Of a DNA stretch of 64,000 nt, positions 52,603-64,000 are shown one piece after another. Position 1 is the stretch's first letter; the number at the start of each line of letters is the position of its first letter. Under the pieces are notes generated by a model that saw nothing but the letters and a program-made list of their open reading frames with translations, ran no database searches and was not told the DNA's origin. The translations under genes and the position numbers were made by a program. Origin of the DNA: Piromyces finnis finn (lineage: Eukaryota; Fungi; Neocallimastigomycota); contig MCFH01000006.1 in assembly GCA_002104945.1 (NCBI GenBank), forward strand, positions 310,001 through 374,000, written 5' to 3'.

Positions 52603-55600
52603 TTTTATATCTTATTTAATAATTAAGTATATCAATTTTATTTGTTATGTTCCAATTATAGTATTATATGTTATTTTTTTCCTCAATAAAAAATTAATTT
52701 TTTTTTTCTAAAAAATTATAAATCTTTCTTCTTTTTTTTTTTTTTTTTATTTTTTTTGATATTTCAAAAAATTATATTACAAAATAATAAATGAATTATA
52801 TAAAATTATTTCCCATAAAAACCATTAATTTATTGTAGATAATTAAAAATAATAAATAGTTTATATATTTCGTTTTTTTTTTTTTTTTTTTCTTCACATT
52901 CAAATTAATATATATAAATTAATTTGAAATTATTTTAAATTGAAATTCCTTTTCAAAAATAATTTATATTTTTTTATAAAGTAAATTCATATTTTCAGTA
53001 GAATAATTATATTGAATTAAATAATATGAAATAATACATAGATATTTGTTTTTTTGAGTTTTTTTTTTTTTTTTTTTTTCCAAAGGGAGGAAGTAAAAAA
53101 AACTTGAAAAAAAAAAGATATTATACGTGTATATTATTAACAATAATAATATATAATACAAATATTATATTTTTATATAAAATTGAGAGTTTTTTAAAAA
53201 TGAGTTCATATAGATAAATAATGAATAACAATTTATTTATTAATTTAAAAGTATCTTATAGAATTCAATTTACAATTTGGTTTTTTTTTTTTTATTTGTA
53301 TATATAATATTTTTTTAAATGAATATATTCAAACTTGCAGTTTTTTCTTATTATCATTATTGTTTATTAATATATATATAAAAGTTGGTTTATTTATTTT
53401 TATGTTTATTTTTTTGTCTTTTTTTGCTTTATGTTTATGGTTTATGCTGCTACTGAATATATATATTTATAATTTAATGTTTAAGAAATTTAGGAATTTC
53501 GACTTTAAATTTAATAATTTCGAGTCCTAATAATTAAATCAAAGTTTTTTAAAAAAAGTTTTATTTATTTTATATTCTTGGTGATAATATTATTTTATTC
53601 TGTTTTTTATTATTCATAACGAACAATATCGTGGCTTTCATTAACTAATTTGATAAAATTTATAAATTTCTATTCATTCATTACCATTTGATATATATTT
53701 ATAAAAAAGTTTTGTTTATTTCGAAATTATAATATTGGTTTTACTGTTTTTTTTTATATCTTTTCTGATGTCATTAACTTAATTCCAGTTATATTAATTG
53801 AAAATATAAATTAGATTTAAATAATTATTTTATAAATTGATTTAAATTAAAAAAGGAAGTGAAATGTAAAAGAAAAATAAAAATAAAAAAAAAAAAATCT
53901 AATATTTATTTAACTTTTATATATTAAAAAAAAACTGAAAAATTCTTAAATTTAAAAAAAAAATAATTTTTAAAAAATAATAATAATTAAAGTTTATATT
54001 GAAATGAATTTTATTAAATTTTCTTATTTACTTCCAAACAATTTTTTATTAATAATTAATATAATATATTTAATAATTAAAATAATTAATAATAATAATA
54101 ACAAACAAAGAAATTTCTATTCGATCCACAAATATATATAGTCTTTTTTTGAAATATGTATAGTCTTTTTTTTATTATTCAAAATAATATAAATAGTATA
54201 AAATAAAAAAGTAATTCTATGTTAATATTACTCTTTTATTTTTTATTGCTTTATTTTGGTTTATTGATTAAATTTATGGTAAAATAATATACTATATTGT
54301 AACAAAAAATGGCTAAAATAATATAATCTAATTTATAAAAATTTATTATCGCCATTTTATTAACTATAACAAAGTCATAAAAATTAATTATAAAAAAATA
54401 GTTTAAAGATTTAATAAAACAATTAAACAAAGATAATCATATGAGAAAATAATGAAAAAAAAAGAAAAAGAAAAATATTAAAAAACTTTATTAAAGTATT
54501 CAAAATAATAATAATAGATATAGAAAATATAATAGTAAAAGTAAATATAATGCTATAATAATAATAATTATTATTATTATAAATTAGTAATGAATATATA
54601 AAACAATAATAATTAAACTATTTTATTTTTCTAAAACATTAATATAATATAATATTTAAGTATATTAAGTTAATGATATCAACTAATAATCAATACTAAG
54701 AATATTCAAAAAGAATAGACAAAAAATTATTCTTTAATTACTTGAAATATTTAATGAACTATATAATAATATTTTCTTGGTTTAGTTATCATAATAAAAA
54801 TAGCATTTTTATATATTTAATTGAAAAAAGCATTTATAATATCAATAATAATAACAGTCGTTGTAATAACAATAATTAACAGTATATAAATCCTTTCTTT
54901 ATTTTTTTTTATGTTTATGAAAATTGTTTTTTTTTTTTTGACAGATTTTTCATTTTATTTTAAATGAGTATAATATATTATGATTATATTGAAATATATT
55001 AAATTATAAAAATAATATATGGAATAATATTTAATTAATTTTAAAAATTAATTTTTAAAAAATTTGTGTGACCATGACCACTCAATAATAAATTAAAGAT
55101 TTTATCCTTTTTAAGAAAATATCTTTTAATTTTGGATAAAAAAAAAAGGTTGAAGCGTGACAAATAACACTCTAGAAATAATAAACAATTTTTTACCTTT
55201 TTATATTGACTATTGACAAAGAAAAAATCATAAAAAAAAAAAAGGATATAGTATGAATAATATAAATAATACCTTCAATACTTTAATTATAATACATAAA
55301 AGGAAATAAAATAAAAATAATATTTCTTAAAAAAAGATTTTACTAGAATTATAATGAATTATCCTTATAAAATTTAATTAAAAAATATTATGCTTTTAAA
55401 ACAATATACAAATAAACTTTAATATAAAATAGTCTTGAGACCACTTGCATGACTTTATTTATTATATAAAATAGGTAAGATAATAAGCTAGTATTAAAAT
55501 GTTTTTTTTTTTTTTATTTAAATATTAATATTTATATTTTTTCTTTTTTGGAATAATTTTTGTTTTATAATTAACGAAAATAAAATATATAATAACGCTA

Positions 55601-56799
55601 TCAAATAAATATAATTATATATGAAAATATAAAACAATTCATATTAATTTTATTTGTTTTTCCTATTTTTCATTTATCATTCAAGTATCGAGTATTAAAA
55701 TTGATATAATCTTTTTAAATAAAATATCTTTATACTTATAAAAATTAAAGATATATTATCATAATAATAATAGAATAATAGTGTAATATTTCCTTTTTAT
55801 TTTTAAAATAGCATATATATGAAAAGTTGATTCTCAAAGTTCTTTAATTGAAATATAATATTCTTTTCTATCATTTTATCTTCTTCTAATAACTGTTCTT
55901 CTAAATATTTATTTATCCTAAAAATTTTACAATAATATTTGAAATATTAAAATACTAAATGGTTTTATCAATTAAAATTTCAAAGAATATTATTAATATA
56001 ACGATATTATAATACACCAATACATTCTAATGTATAGTATAAATATACATACATATTACATTTATTACCATTTTAAATTTATAAAACCTTAAATATTATA
56101 AAGCAAAGATTACCACTAATATAATAAAAAAAAAATAAATTATTTTTAATAATAGATTTTATTTTATAAATTGTTTCTAATATCAACCTTATTTTTTTGT
56201 GCTACTTCTTCATTAACGAAAAAAAATAACCCTTTAAAAACACAAAATATAAATATTTTATTTTATTTATAAAATTAGGGTAATTTGAAAATCTTTTTTT
56301 TATTAATTATTCTTTTCTCTTAAATAATAATTAATAGGAATGGGATTAATATATTGTTTTGTCTTATTTTGGTTTTATTTAGTTATTTAATATATATATT
56401 TATAATTATAATGAATTATAAAAAAACTTTGTTACACTTTTTTCACTTGATTTTAACCAACAAATTATTTAAAATTCAATATCAAAAATTTTAAATACAT
56501 ATTTATTCTTATAAAATAAAAAAAAAAAAAAAGTAAATGATATCAAAAAGTAGTATATAAATACAAAATATGGTCTATTTCATATATAATAGAAACTGCT
56601 TTATATTAAATATAATATAATAAATTAGTTAATAATTCTAATGAAGGAATAATTTAAAATTCTAAATTTCATTTTAATTTACTTTAACGATAGAAATTAA
56701 ATGTTATACTTTATTGATTATGACCTTTTTTTTTTAAATATAATTTTATACTTAAAAAATATTACTATTTTTTTTAATTAATTTAAATAAACTTTATAT

Positions 56800-57780
56800 A
56801 ATTGTACATATATAAAAAATAAAAATAATACCAAAAAGAAAAAAAAATACATATTTCTTATTGTTTATAATAATTATAATTAATTATATTTTATATATAA
56901 TAAAAAGTCAAAAAAGTTGTATAATATGTTTTACATATATAAATAATTATTTATTTTTTTTTTTTTTTGAGGTTGAAATACATCTTATTATTTTTTGAGA
57001 TAATTGTAAATTCATGAAATTTGTTTCTAAAATATTAATTTACTTATAATATAATTATATAAAATTAAAGATACTAGATAGAATAAAAAAAAACTTGTTA
57101 TAATAATTTTTTTTTCATTTTCCATTGTCATTTTAATTATAGAAATTATTAAAATATCGTTTTCTCATTATCATCATGAATTAATTATAGTTAGTTATAA
57201 ATATGTAATTTTTTTATTAATATTCCATACTTTTTAATATTTTTGAAAAACAATTTGATAATGTATTGTAATACTATAATATAATATTACTATTATTATT
57301 TTGAAGTAGTTTAAAATAAAGCATAAAAAATAAAACAATAAATAATAACTTTTAAAAAAAAATAAATTTATACCGCTATTAATTATCTACATCTTATTCT
57401 TAATTAACTTTATTCATCGTATAATAAAAAGTTAAAAAATTAAAAAGTTATTTGGTTTAATAAAATAAAAATAAAAAAATATAATAATATAAAAAAATAT
57501 TTATATGATACTTTGATAAATTTTAATTAAAAGTAGTACAAAAATTTTAATAGGATATTTTACTTTTTATGAATGAATCATACATTTTTATTTCTTTTTA
57601 GATGTTATAAACATAAGATCTATAATAAATAGTAACATTCACACATTCATTGTTCATTATTATTAATAGTTTTATTCATTCATAATTTATTTAGTTATTA
57701 TTTTAAAGAATAATATTGTTTAATATATATATCATTAAATTATATTAGTATTTATACAGCAACATACAATACTTGATTTT
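56800..57780. repeat. Copy A of a ~1-kb diverged duplication (copy B ~60840-61830)
   Basis: Shared collinear blocks such as tattccatactttt, tttgataatgtattgt, tttataccgctattaattatctacat..ttattcttaa, ctttattcat, tggtttaa and gtagtacaa. Confidence 0.75.
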
Positions 57781-58842
57781 AATAATATGATTTGTTTGAA
57801 TACATTTAACCAATTTTTTTATATTTAAATTTTAATACCTTTTCGAAATTATAAGAAAATTTATATATATATAATGAAAATTCTTTTGTAAAAAAATTTA
57901 TGATGAATAAGATAAAGCAATTGAAATTATTTAGCATTCAGTAATTGAAGTGGATAAAAATGTTTTAAAACATAATAAAAGAAAATAAAATTAAAAGGTA
58001 TAAAGTGAATACAAATAATGTTCATTATATTCATTATTGAACAATTCAAATATAGGAATAATAATTAAGTTTTTTACAATTTTTGTAATTCTTCATTTCC
58101 TTTTAATTTATTATATGTTTTTATATAATGTTTATACTATATTAGATTATGACCAAAATTAAATATAATACTCTATTTGATTATGTCCTCTTTTTTCAAG
58201 CATAAAAAATGGTGATAAGAAAAAAATTTTTCTTTATATATTAATAAAAAATAGTCTGAATATAATTCAACTTATTATATTGTATTACATTTTTTTAAAT
58301 TAAAAATAATGACCAAAAAAAAAACTTTTAAAGAACAAAAAAAAAAATATAAAAGGGTAGGATTTTTCCATTAATTTTAATTCTTCAGATTTTAGAAATC
58401 ATCTTTATTTATTAATTAATAAAAATTGATTATAATTAATGATTTTTTTTAAATCTCACTTTAATTAAATGAAATAAGATGAAATGAACATAAAAAAAAT
58501 GTATGTTATTATTAATATATATATAATTATGATATGAAATAATAAATTTTATATTTATATAAAATAACTATTTTTTTAATTTAATTTATTTATTTTAGGG
58601 TTATGAAGATTATTTCATTTGATCATTTATTTATTATTTTCTACAAATTATAATAGAGTTATGATATTATATATGTAGGGGAAAAACTAATAAATATTTA
58701 AATATTTATTATTATAATTATAATTAATATTTATTTATTTTCATAGAGAAAAATGTAAATTATTAAAGTTATTTATAAAATATAATTTTAAAATAAGAAA
58801 TTGATAAAATTTTACATCAAAGTATAGACCGTTGATCTAAAA

Positions 58843-59560
58843 AAAAATATTTAATTTTTTCACAAAGTTGAAAAATTAATGGTATGTATAAAGAAATTAT
58901 ATCTACCCAATATAAAGTTGTCACTAAAACAGTGAAACTTTTCTTAACATTTCTTAGACCATGTAAGAATATGTTTATTAAAATTTTTTCATAGAATTTG
59001 AAAAAAATTATAACCATTTATCGGGATGATTTATGGTTCGAATAAGAAGCTCTGACTGAAATAGTATGGCTTCACATTTATCTTCATATAGATTAAACAA
59101 AAATATTTAATTTTTTCACAAAGTTGAAAAATTAATGGTATGTATAAAGAAATTATATCTACCCAATATAAAGTTGTCACTGAAACAGTGAAACTTTTCT
59201 TAACATTTCTTAGACCATATAAGAATATGTTTATTAAAATTTTTTTCATAGAATTTGAAAAAAATTATAACCATTTATCGGGATGATTTATGGTTCGAGT
59301 AAGAAGCTCTGACTGAAATAGTATGGCTTCACGTTTATCTTCATATAGATTAAACAAAAATATTTAATTTTTTCACAAAGTTGAAAAATTAATGGTATGT
59401 ATAAAGAAATTATATCTACCCAATATAAAGTTGTCACTGAAACAGTGAAACTTTTCTTAACATTTCTTAGACCATATAAGAATATGCTTATTAAAATTTT
59501 TTTCATAGAGTTTGAAAAAAATTATAACCATTTATCGGGATGATTTATGGTTCGAGTAAG
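58843..59560. repeat. 257-bp tandem repeat, ~2.8 near-identical copies
   Basis: cacaaagttg at 58861, 59117 and 59374; tcgggatgatttatggttcga closes each copy. Confidence 0.95.
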
Positions 59561-60838
59561 GAGCGAACGCTTCATGTTTAAATTTTTTTTGTTTAGAACA
59601 AAAAGTTTTTTTTTTTTACTTAGATTAACTGTTTATATAGAAAATTCAAATTCAAATATTATCGCTTTACTCTTCTTATTCTATTTTATAAAGAGAAAGA
59701 GAATGAGTTGAATTTTAAATTTTTTAATGTTATTTTTACAATTTATTTAAATTAAAATTATAATTAGTAAATAAAATATTTAATAATTGCACTTTTATCT
59801 GTTAATAATAATAAACATTATATAATTATACATAAAAAAATAATTAAATAAAATGAATATTAAAAATAAAAAAAAAAAGCTAAATTCTTTAAAATTTTAT
59901 CATTTTTATAAATAATAATATTTAATTGAATACACTATTATAATCTTCATTTACATTTAATCGAACATTATATTATTTTTAAAAAGTAATTATTTATATG
60001 ATTTGATTTCCAAAGTTTAAAAAATAAAATAATAATATTATGAATCATTAATTTTTTATTATTTTTTTTTATTTCTAATATTATTTATTATTATAATTAA
60101 ATTGGATTTCAATTATTTATTCGTTCCTACACTTTTGTACTTTTGTATTGTCACATAGGTTGCATAGGTAATCTATTGTTCCTTTTACATTTTTCATTTA
60201 TCTAAATACAGACAACTACATTTCCTCTTTTGTTTATTTTTAATAAATAGAAAAATTAAATTATTTTTTTATTAATTTAAATACATATTAAATTGATAAA
60301 ATTAAATGGTCTATTATATGTTTTAAATTATATTTATTTTATGGCATGCATGCATTATTGCTTGTTGCAATGGCTTAAAAAAAAAAGGCATATCTCAATA
60401 TTCTAATAACTCAAATAAGATAAATAATTTCAATGATGACACAGATTATTAATTATATAGAGTCTTTATAATATACCATATAATCTAAAATAGCAATAAA
60501 CTATATTACAATTTATACAAAAAAGGCACACTATATTAATATAAATAATTAGTAATTATTAAAATATTTAAAACTTTTACCTTATTAAAATGTTTTAGTA
60601 ATATACTCAATTATGTTATTCCGTTATATATATAATATTCATCGAAATACTAATATATCTTTATTTATTTATTTATTTATTTATTTGTTTGTTTGTTTGT
60701 TTGATTTGACTTTTGTGTTTAATTTTTATCTCATAAAACTTTAGTGTTTCGGTTTAAATTAAATTGACTACTTGTTTTGTTGCCATGTCATCCTCATCCA
60801 CTTTTATTTATATAAATAGATAATGAATACTATTTATA

Positions 60839-60967
60839 TTATGTACACCATATAAAGATAGCAATAACAATAATAATAATAATAATATTTCCAAAAATAG
60901 GTTTAATTGTATCACATCTCTCTATTTCCTTTTTTTTATTATTTGTTTTGAGTTTTTCCTTGTCATG
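60839..60967 (-). other. Candidate terminal exon encoding a C-terminal transmembrane anchor
   Basis: tag|HDKEKLKTNNKKKEIERCDTIKPIFGNIIIIIIVIAIFIWCT*; 43 codons from acceptor to stop. Upstream exons could not be assembled. Confidence 0.3.
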
Positions 60968-61830
60968 CTACTTTTAAATTAATCTTTTTTTTTTTTGTTT
61001 TTATGGTGGATCATGAAACTGAAACACAATAAAAAAATGGTTTACTCATCTCAACAGTCATAATTATTTCACTATTAACCACTATACAATAAATAAAAAT
61101 AATATTTTAAAAATTATTAAGATGACAATGATAATAAATATACAAATAAAAAAAATACCTTTTTTATTCATTATTATTAATTAATTATAATTAGTTATGA
61201 ATGAGTAATTTTATTGTTTACATTAAATTAATATTCCATACTTTTAAATTTTTATTTGAATAATAAATTTGATAATGTATTGTTAATAATGTATGTTTAT
61301 TTACAATATTAATATTACTATTTTTATCTATATTTTTTTGAAATATAACATGGAAAATAAAACGGTAAATAAAATAAAATTTTATACCGCTATTAATTAT
61401 CTACATTTTATTCTTAATAACTTTATTCATACGACGGTGATAGGTGATATACTGTGATAAAAAATGAAAAATTAAAAGTTACATATGGTTTAACAAAATT
61501 ATTGACACATTTTAATTTTTGGTAGTACAATTTAAATTTAATAAATTATTGTTCTACTTTTTGGATGAGTCACCCTTTTTCGATGTTGTTTTAAAACATA
61601 TATATATAATTGTGACATTAACAACAACAACAACAACCAAATAGTATTATTATTCCTTACTATTAATATAGTTTTATAATTTTATTCATTATTTCATATT
61701 TTTTTTAATCATTTTATTATTTATTTATTCATTCATTTATTTATTAATTTTCATTATTAAAAATTTGTACAATATTTAATTTACATCATTAATTACATTG
61801 GAATATTGACATTTATACAACAATTATTTT
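60840..61830. repeat. Copy B of the ~1-kb diverged duplication
   Basis: See copy A at 56800-57780. Confidence 0.75.
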
Positions 61831-62042
61831 ATTTTATGATTATAATAAATAAATAAACAAAGATGTAAAAAAAAAAACTTAATAGATAGCATAATAAATA
61901 TATACTAAAAATGTTTAAACCACTTTTTTTTTTAAAAAAAAAAAATCATTTAAAAATAACTTATTATATAAACAAACTTTGTATGACATTATCAATATTA
62001 TCTGTTTTAAAATAGCTCATCTGGGATATAAAAATAAGTTAT

Positions 62043-62063
62043 ATAAATAATAATAATAATAAC

Positions 62064-62111
<48 letters not shown>
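62043..62111 (+). repeat. (AAT)n microsatellite
   Basis: Directly visible, with one AAC variant. Confidence 0.9.
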
Positions 62112-63722
62112 CTATTTTAAAATAATTAAAATTACATTTAACATTTCTTTTCTTTTTTATATTCTACATGTTCATTATTGGTGTAGAATTTAAAATAAAA
62201 AAAACATCATTATGACTCTTTTTAGACTTTTTTTTTTAGTTATATTATAGAAAAAGAATGTTCCATCCTCTCTCTTTATTACATACAATTCACTATAAAT
62301 TTGTAGTGAATGTAATACAAATTTTAATTATAATAAAAACTAAAGTTTATATGTTTCCAATAATGCTTTGAAATATTATTTACTATACTTTCAGGTATTA
62401 TGATTATCATACTTCAAAAAACGTTTTTTTTTCAATTTCTTTTTTTTTTTTTCTAAATAAGTATTTATTATATCTAATAATAATACGAATACGAATACCA
62501 ATATTAATATTTTTTTAATATTAACTATTAAAAGTTAAAATGATCAAATGTATTAGGGGACAAATAATACTATTATAATTCTATAAAAGGATAAGTGGAT
62601 GTATTTTCTAATTATATTCTGTTTATAGATTATAATAATATAGGTAGAAAAAAAATAAAATTAATAATATATAAAAATATTTTTCATTATTAATCATTTA
62701 GTTTATAATACTTTATTTACCATTGTCTGAAAGAAATAAATTCTAATAATATAATTGAAATAATAAAGATATACATCTATTCTTCCTAAAAGTTAAAAAA
62801 AACGAATTATAATATCAATAGTAATATATTTGTTACTATTTTTATGTTTCATTTTTTATTTTTATGCTAAATGTAAAAACTATTATTGTAAAAATAAAAC
62901 AAATAAATATATTTAATATATTTATAATTAAAAAAATATATTTTTTCATATTAATTATCACCTATTCTACCTATTTGAAAATGACTGAATAATTATCATC
63001 ATTAAAAATAAAGAAAAATACTAAAGGTTAGTATTAATTGTTTGGCTAAAAAATCATACATTACTAATTCCTAAAACATTCTAAAAAAACAATAATGAAA
63101 AATATAACCAATTATATTATAATTTTAATATGTTTAAATGTATTTATAATTTCATTTAATAGCTTTAATATAATTTATATATATAAAAAAAAAGCATCAT
63201 GAAATGTTAAAAAAAAAAGATTTTATGATATTCCAATCTATTTTATAAAAATAATTCTTTTATATTCAAAAAAAAAAAAAGAATTAAAAAATATTTATGA
63301 AAAAGAAATACCTTTTTTTTCTTTTAAAATTAATTTTAAAATTATAAATTTTACTGCTAAAGCATATCATACATTCCATAATTGTTAATTTTTCTTTATT
63401 ATTATTATTTACTCCCGAAACACAATAATGCTTTGTTTTTTTCTAATAATTATATTTTTACACTATGTATAATAATATATTTTATTGATTTATTAAAATT
63501 CAATACATTCCAATAATAAACCTTGATTATTATTAAAATGGATTTAAAAAAAAAAAATGAAATTTTTAATTAATTAAAAAAAAAAAAAGTTGTTGTTTAT
63601 ATTAAAATAGAATTTATTATTTATTACTTATATATATAAAAGACTAAAAAAAAAAAAAAAAGAAAAAAGAAATAATAATAATAATTGTTAAACATTAATA
63701 ATTTAACTTAAATCTAGAAATA

Positions 63723-63915
63723 TGTAGAATAGAATAGAATTATGTATTACTAATATATTTAGTCATAGAATATTCTCATGATAAATAATACGCCACAATC
63801 CTTAGTATAAATAGAGAATAAATTTATGAACTATTTATGTACTTTGTAATTACCTTTTTATTAATAATATTAATAAATAAAGTTTATATTAAAAACAATA
63901 TTATAAATTTTCTCA
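63723..63915 (+). mobile_element. Probable 5' LTR (193 bp) of a Ty1/copia retrotransposon
   Basis: TGTAGA...TTCTCA termini; internal TATAAATAG and AATAAA; followed directly by a PBS-like tract and a gag-like ORF. The second LTR lies outside the window. Confidence 0.6.
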
Positions 63916-63928
63916 GATTAAGAGTCTC
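63916..63928 (+). other. Candidate primer-binding site of half-tRNA-iMet type
   Basis: GATTAAGAGTCTC abuts the LTR CA and matches 8/13 positions of the Ty5/copia-type GGTTATGAGCCCT. Confidence 0.4.
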
Positions 63929-63945
63929 AAAACTTTCTTAATACC

Positions 63946-64000
63946 ATGGATTACAATTTATTCAAAGGCCCTTCTCTCAATGGATCCAACTTTAACGCCT
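63946..64000 (+). CDS. Start of copia-type Gag (partial, runs off window): MDYNLFKGPSLNGSNFNA...
   Basis: LNGSNF resembles the L-x-G-x-N-Y/F-x-x-W motif at copia Gag N-termini; the window ends on the T where TGG (Trp) is expected. Confidence 0.6.
   Translation, partial: MDYNLFKGPSLNGSNFNA

Noticed and set aside
53490-53531. Partial inverted repeat ttagga...tcctaa upstream of ATG1
   Set aside because: Only about 6 bp pair perfectly; within chance expectation.
58817-59506. Three similar 66-72-aa minus-strand ORFs
   Set aside because: They recur only because of the 257-bp tandem repeat; non-ATG starts and no recognisable protein.
58843-59560. Possible CRISPR-like array or tRNA genes
   Set aside because: Whole units are duplicated with no unique spacers; no cloverleaf could be folded around GGTTCGA.

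Overview
Extremely AT-rich eukaryotic DNA with spliceosomal GT-AG introns, long homopolymer runs and (AAT)n tracts. The kinase is of fungal Atg1 type and the composition best fits an anaerobic gut fungus (Neocallimastigomycota); this is inferred, not proven. I spliced the genes by hand, checking intron phase at each junction. Five protein genes result: an intronless 1010-aa S/T-rich disordered protein (+); a ~2141-aa low-complexity protein (4+ exons, -); a ~297-aa protein with a SUMO-interaction-like motif that the ORF track mostly misses (6 exons, -); a ~1246-aa NPF/PVES-repeat/basic/coiled-coil protein (14 exons, -); and a ~1555-aa ATG1 kinase (8 exons, -). There is also an isolated 59-aa small ORF. 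Mobile or repeat DNA comprises a decayed RTE-like LINE reverse-transcriptase fragment between ~110-bp direct repeats, a probable Ty1/copia 5' LTR + PBS + gag start at the right edge, a 257-bp tandem array, a ~1-kb diverged duplication and decayed paralogous ORF fragments. Two strong hairpins and a TGTATACA/TTACAT motif cluster lie in the gene deserts. No rRNA, tRNA or CRISPR array was seen. I found no single unmistakable novel multi-gene system; the findings are leads.
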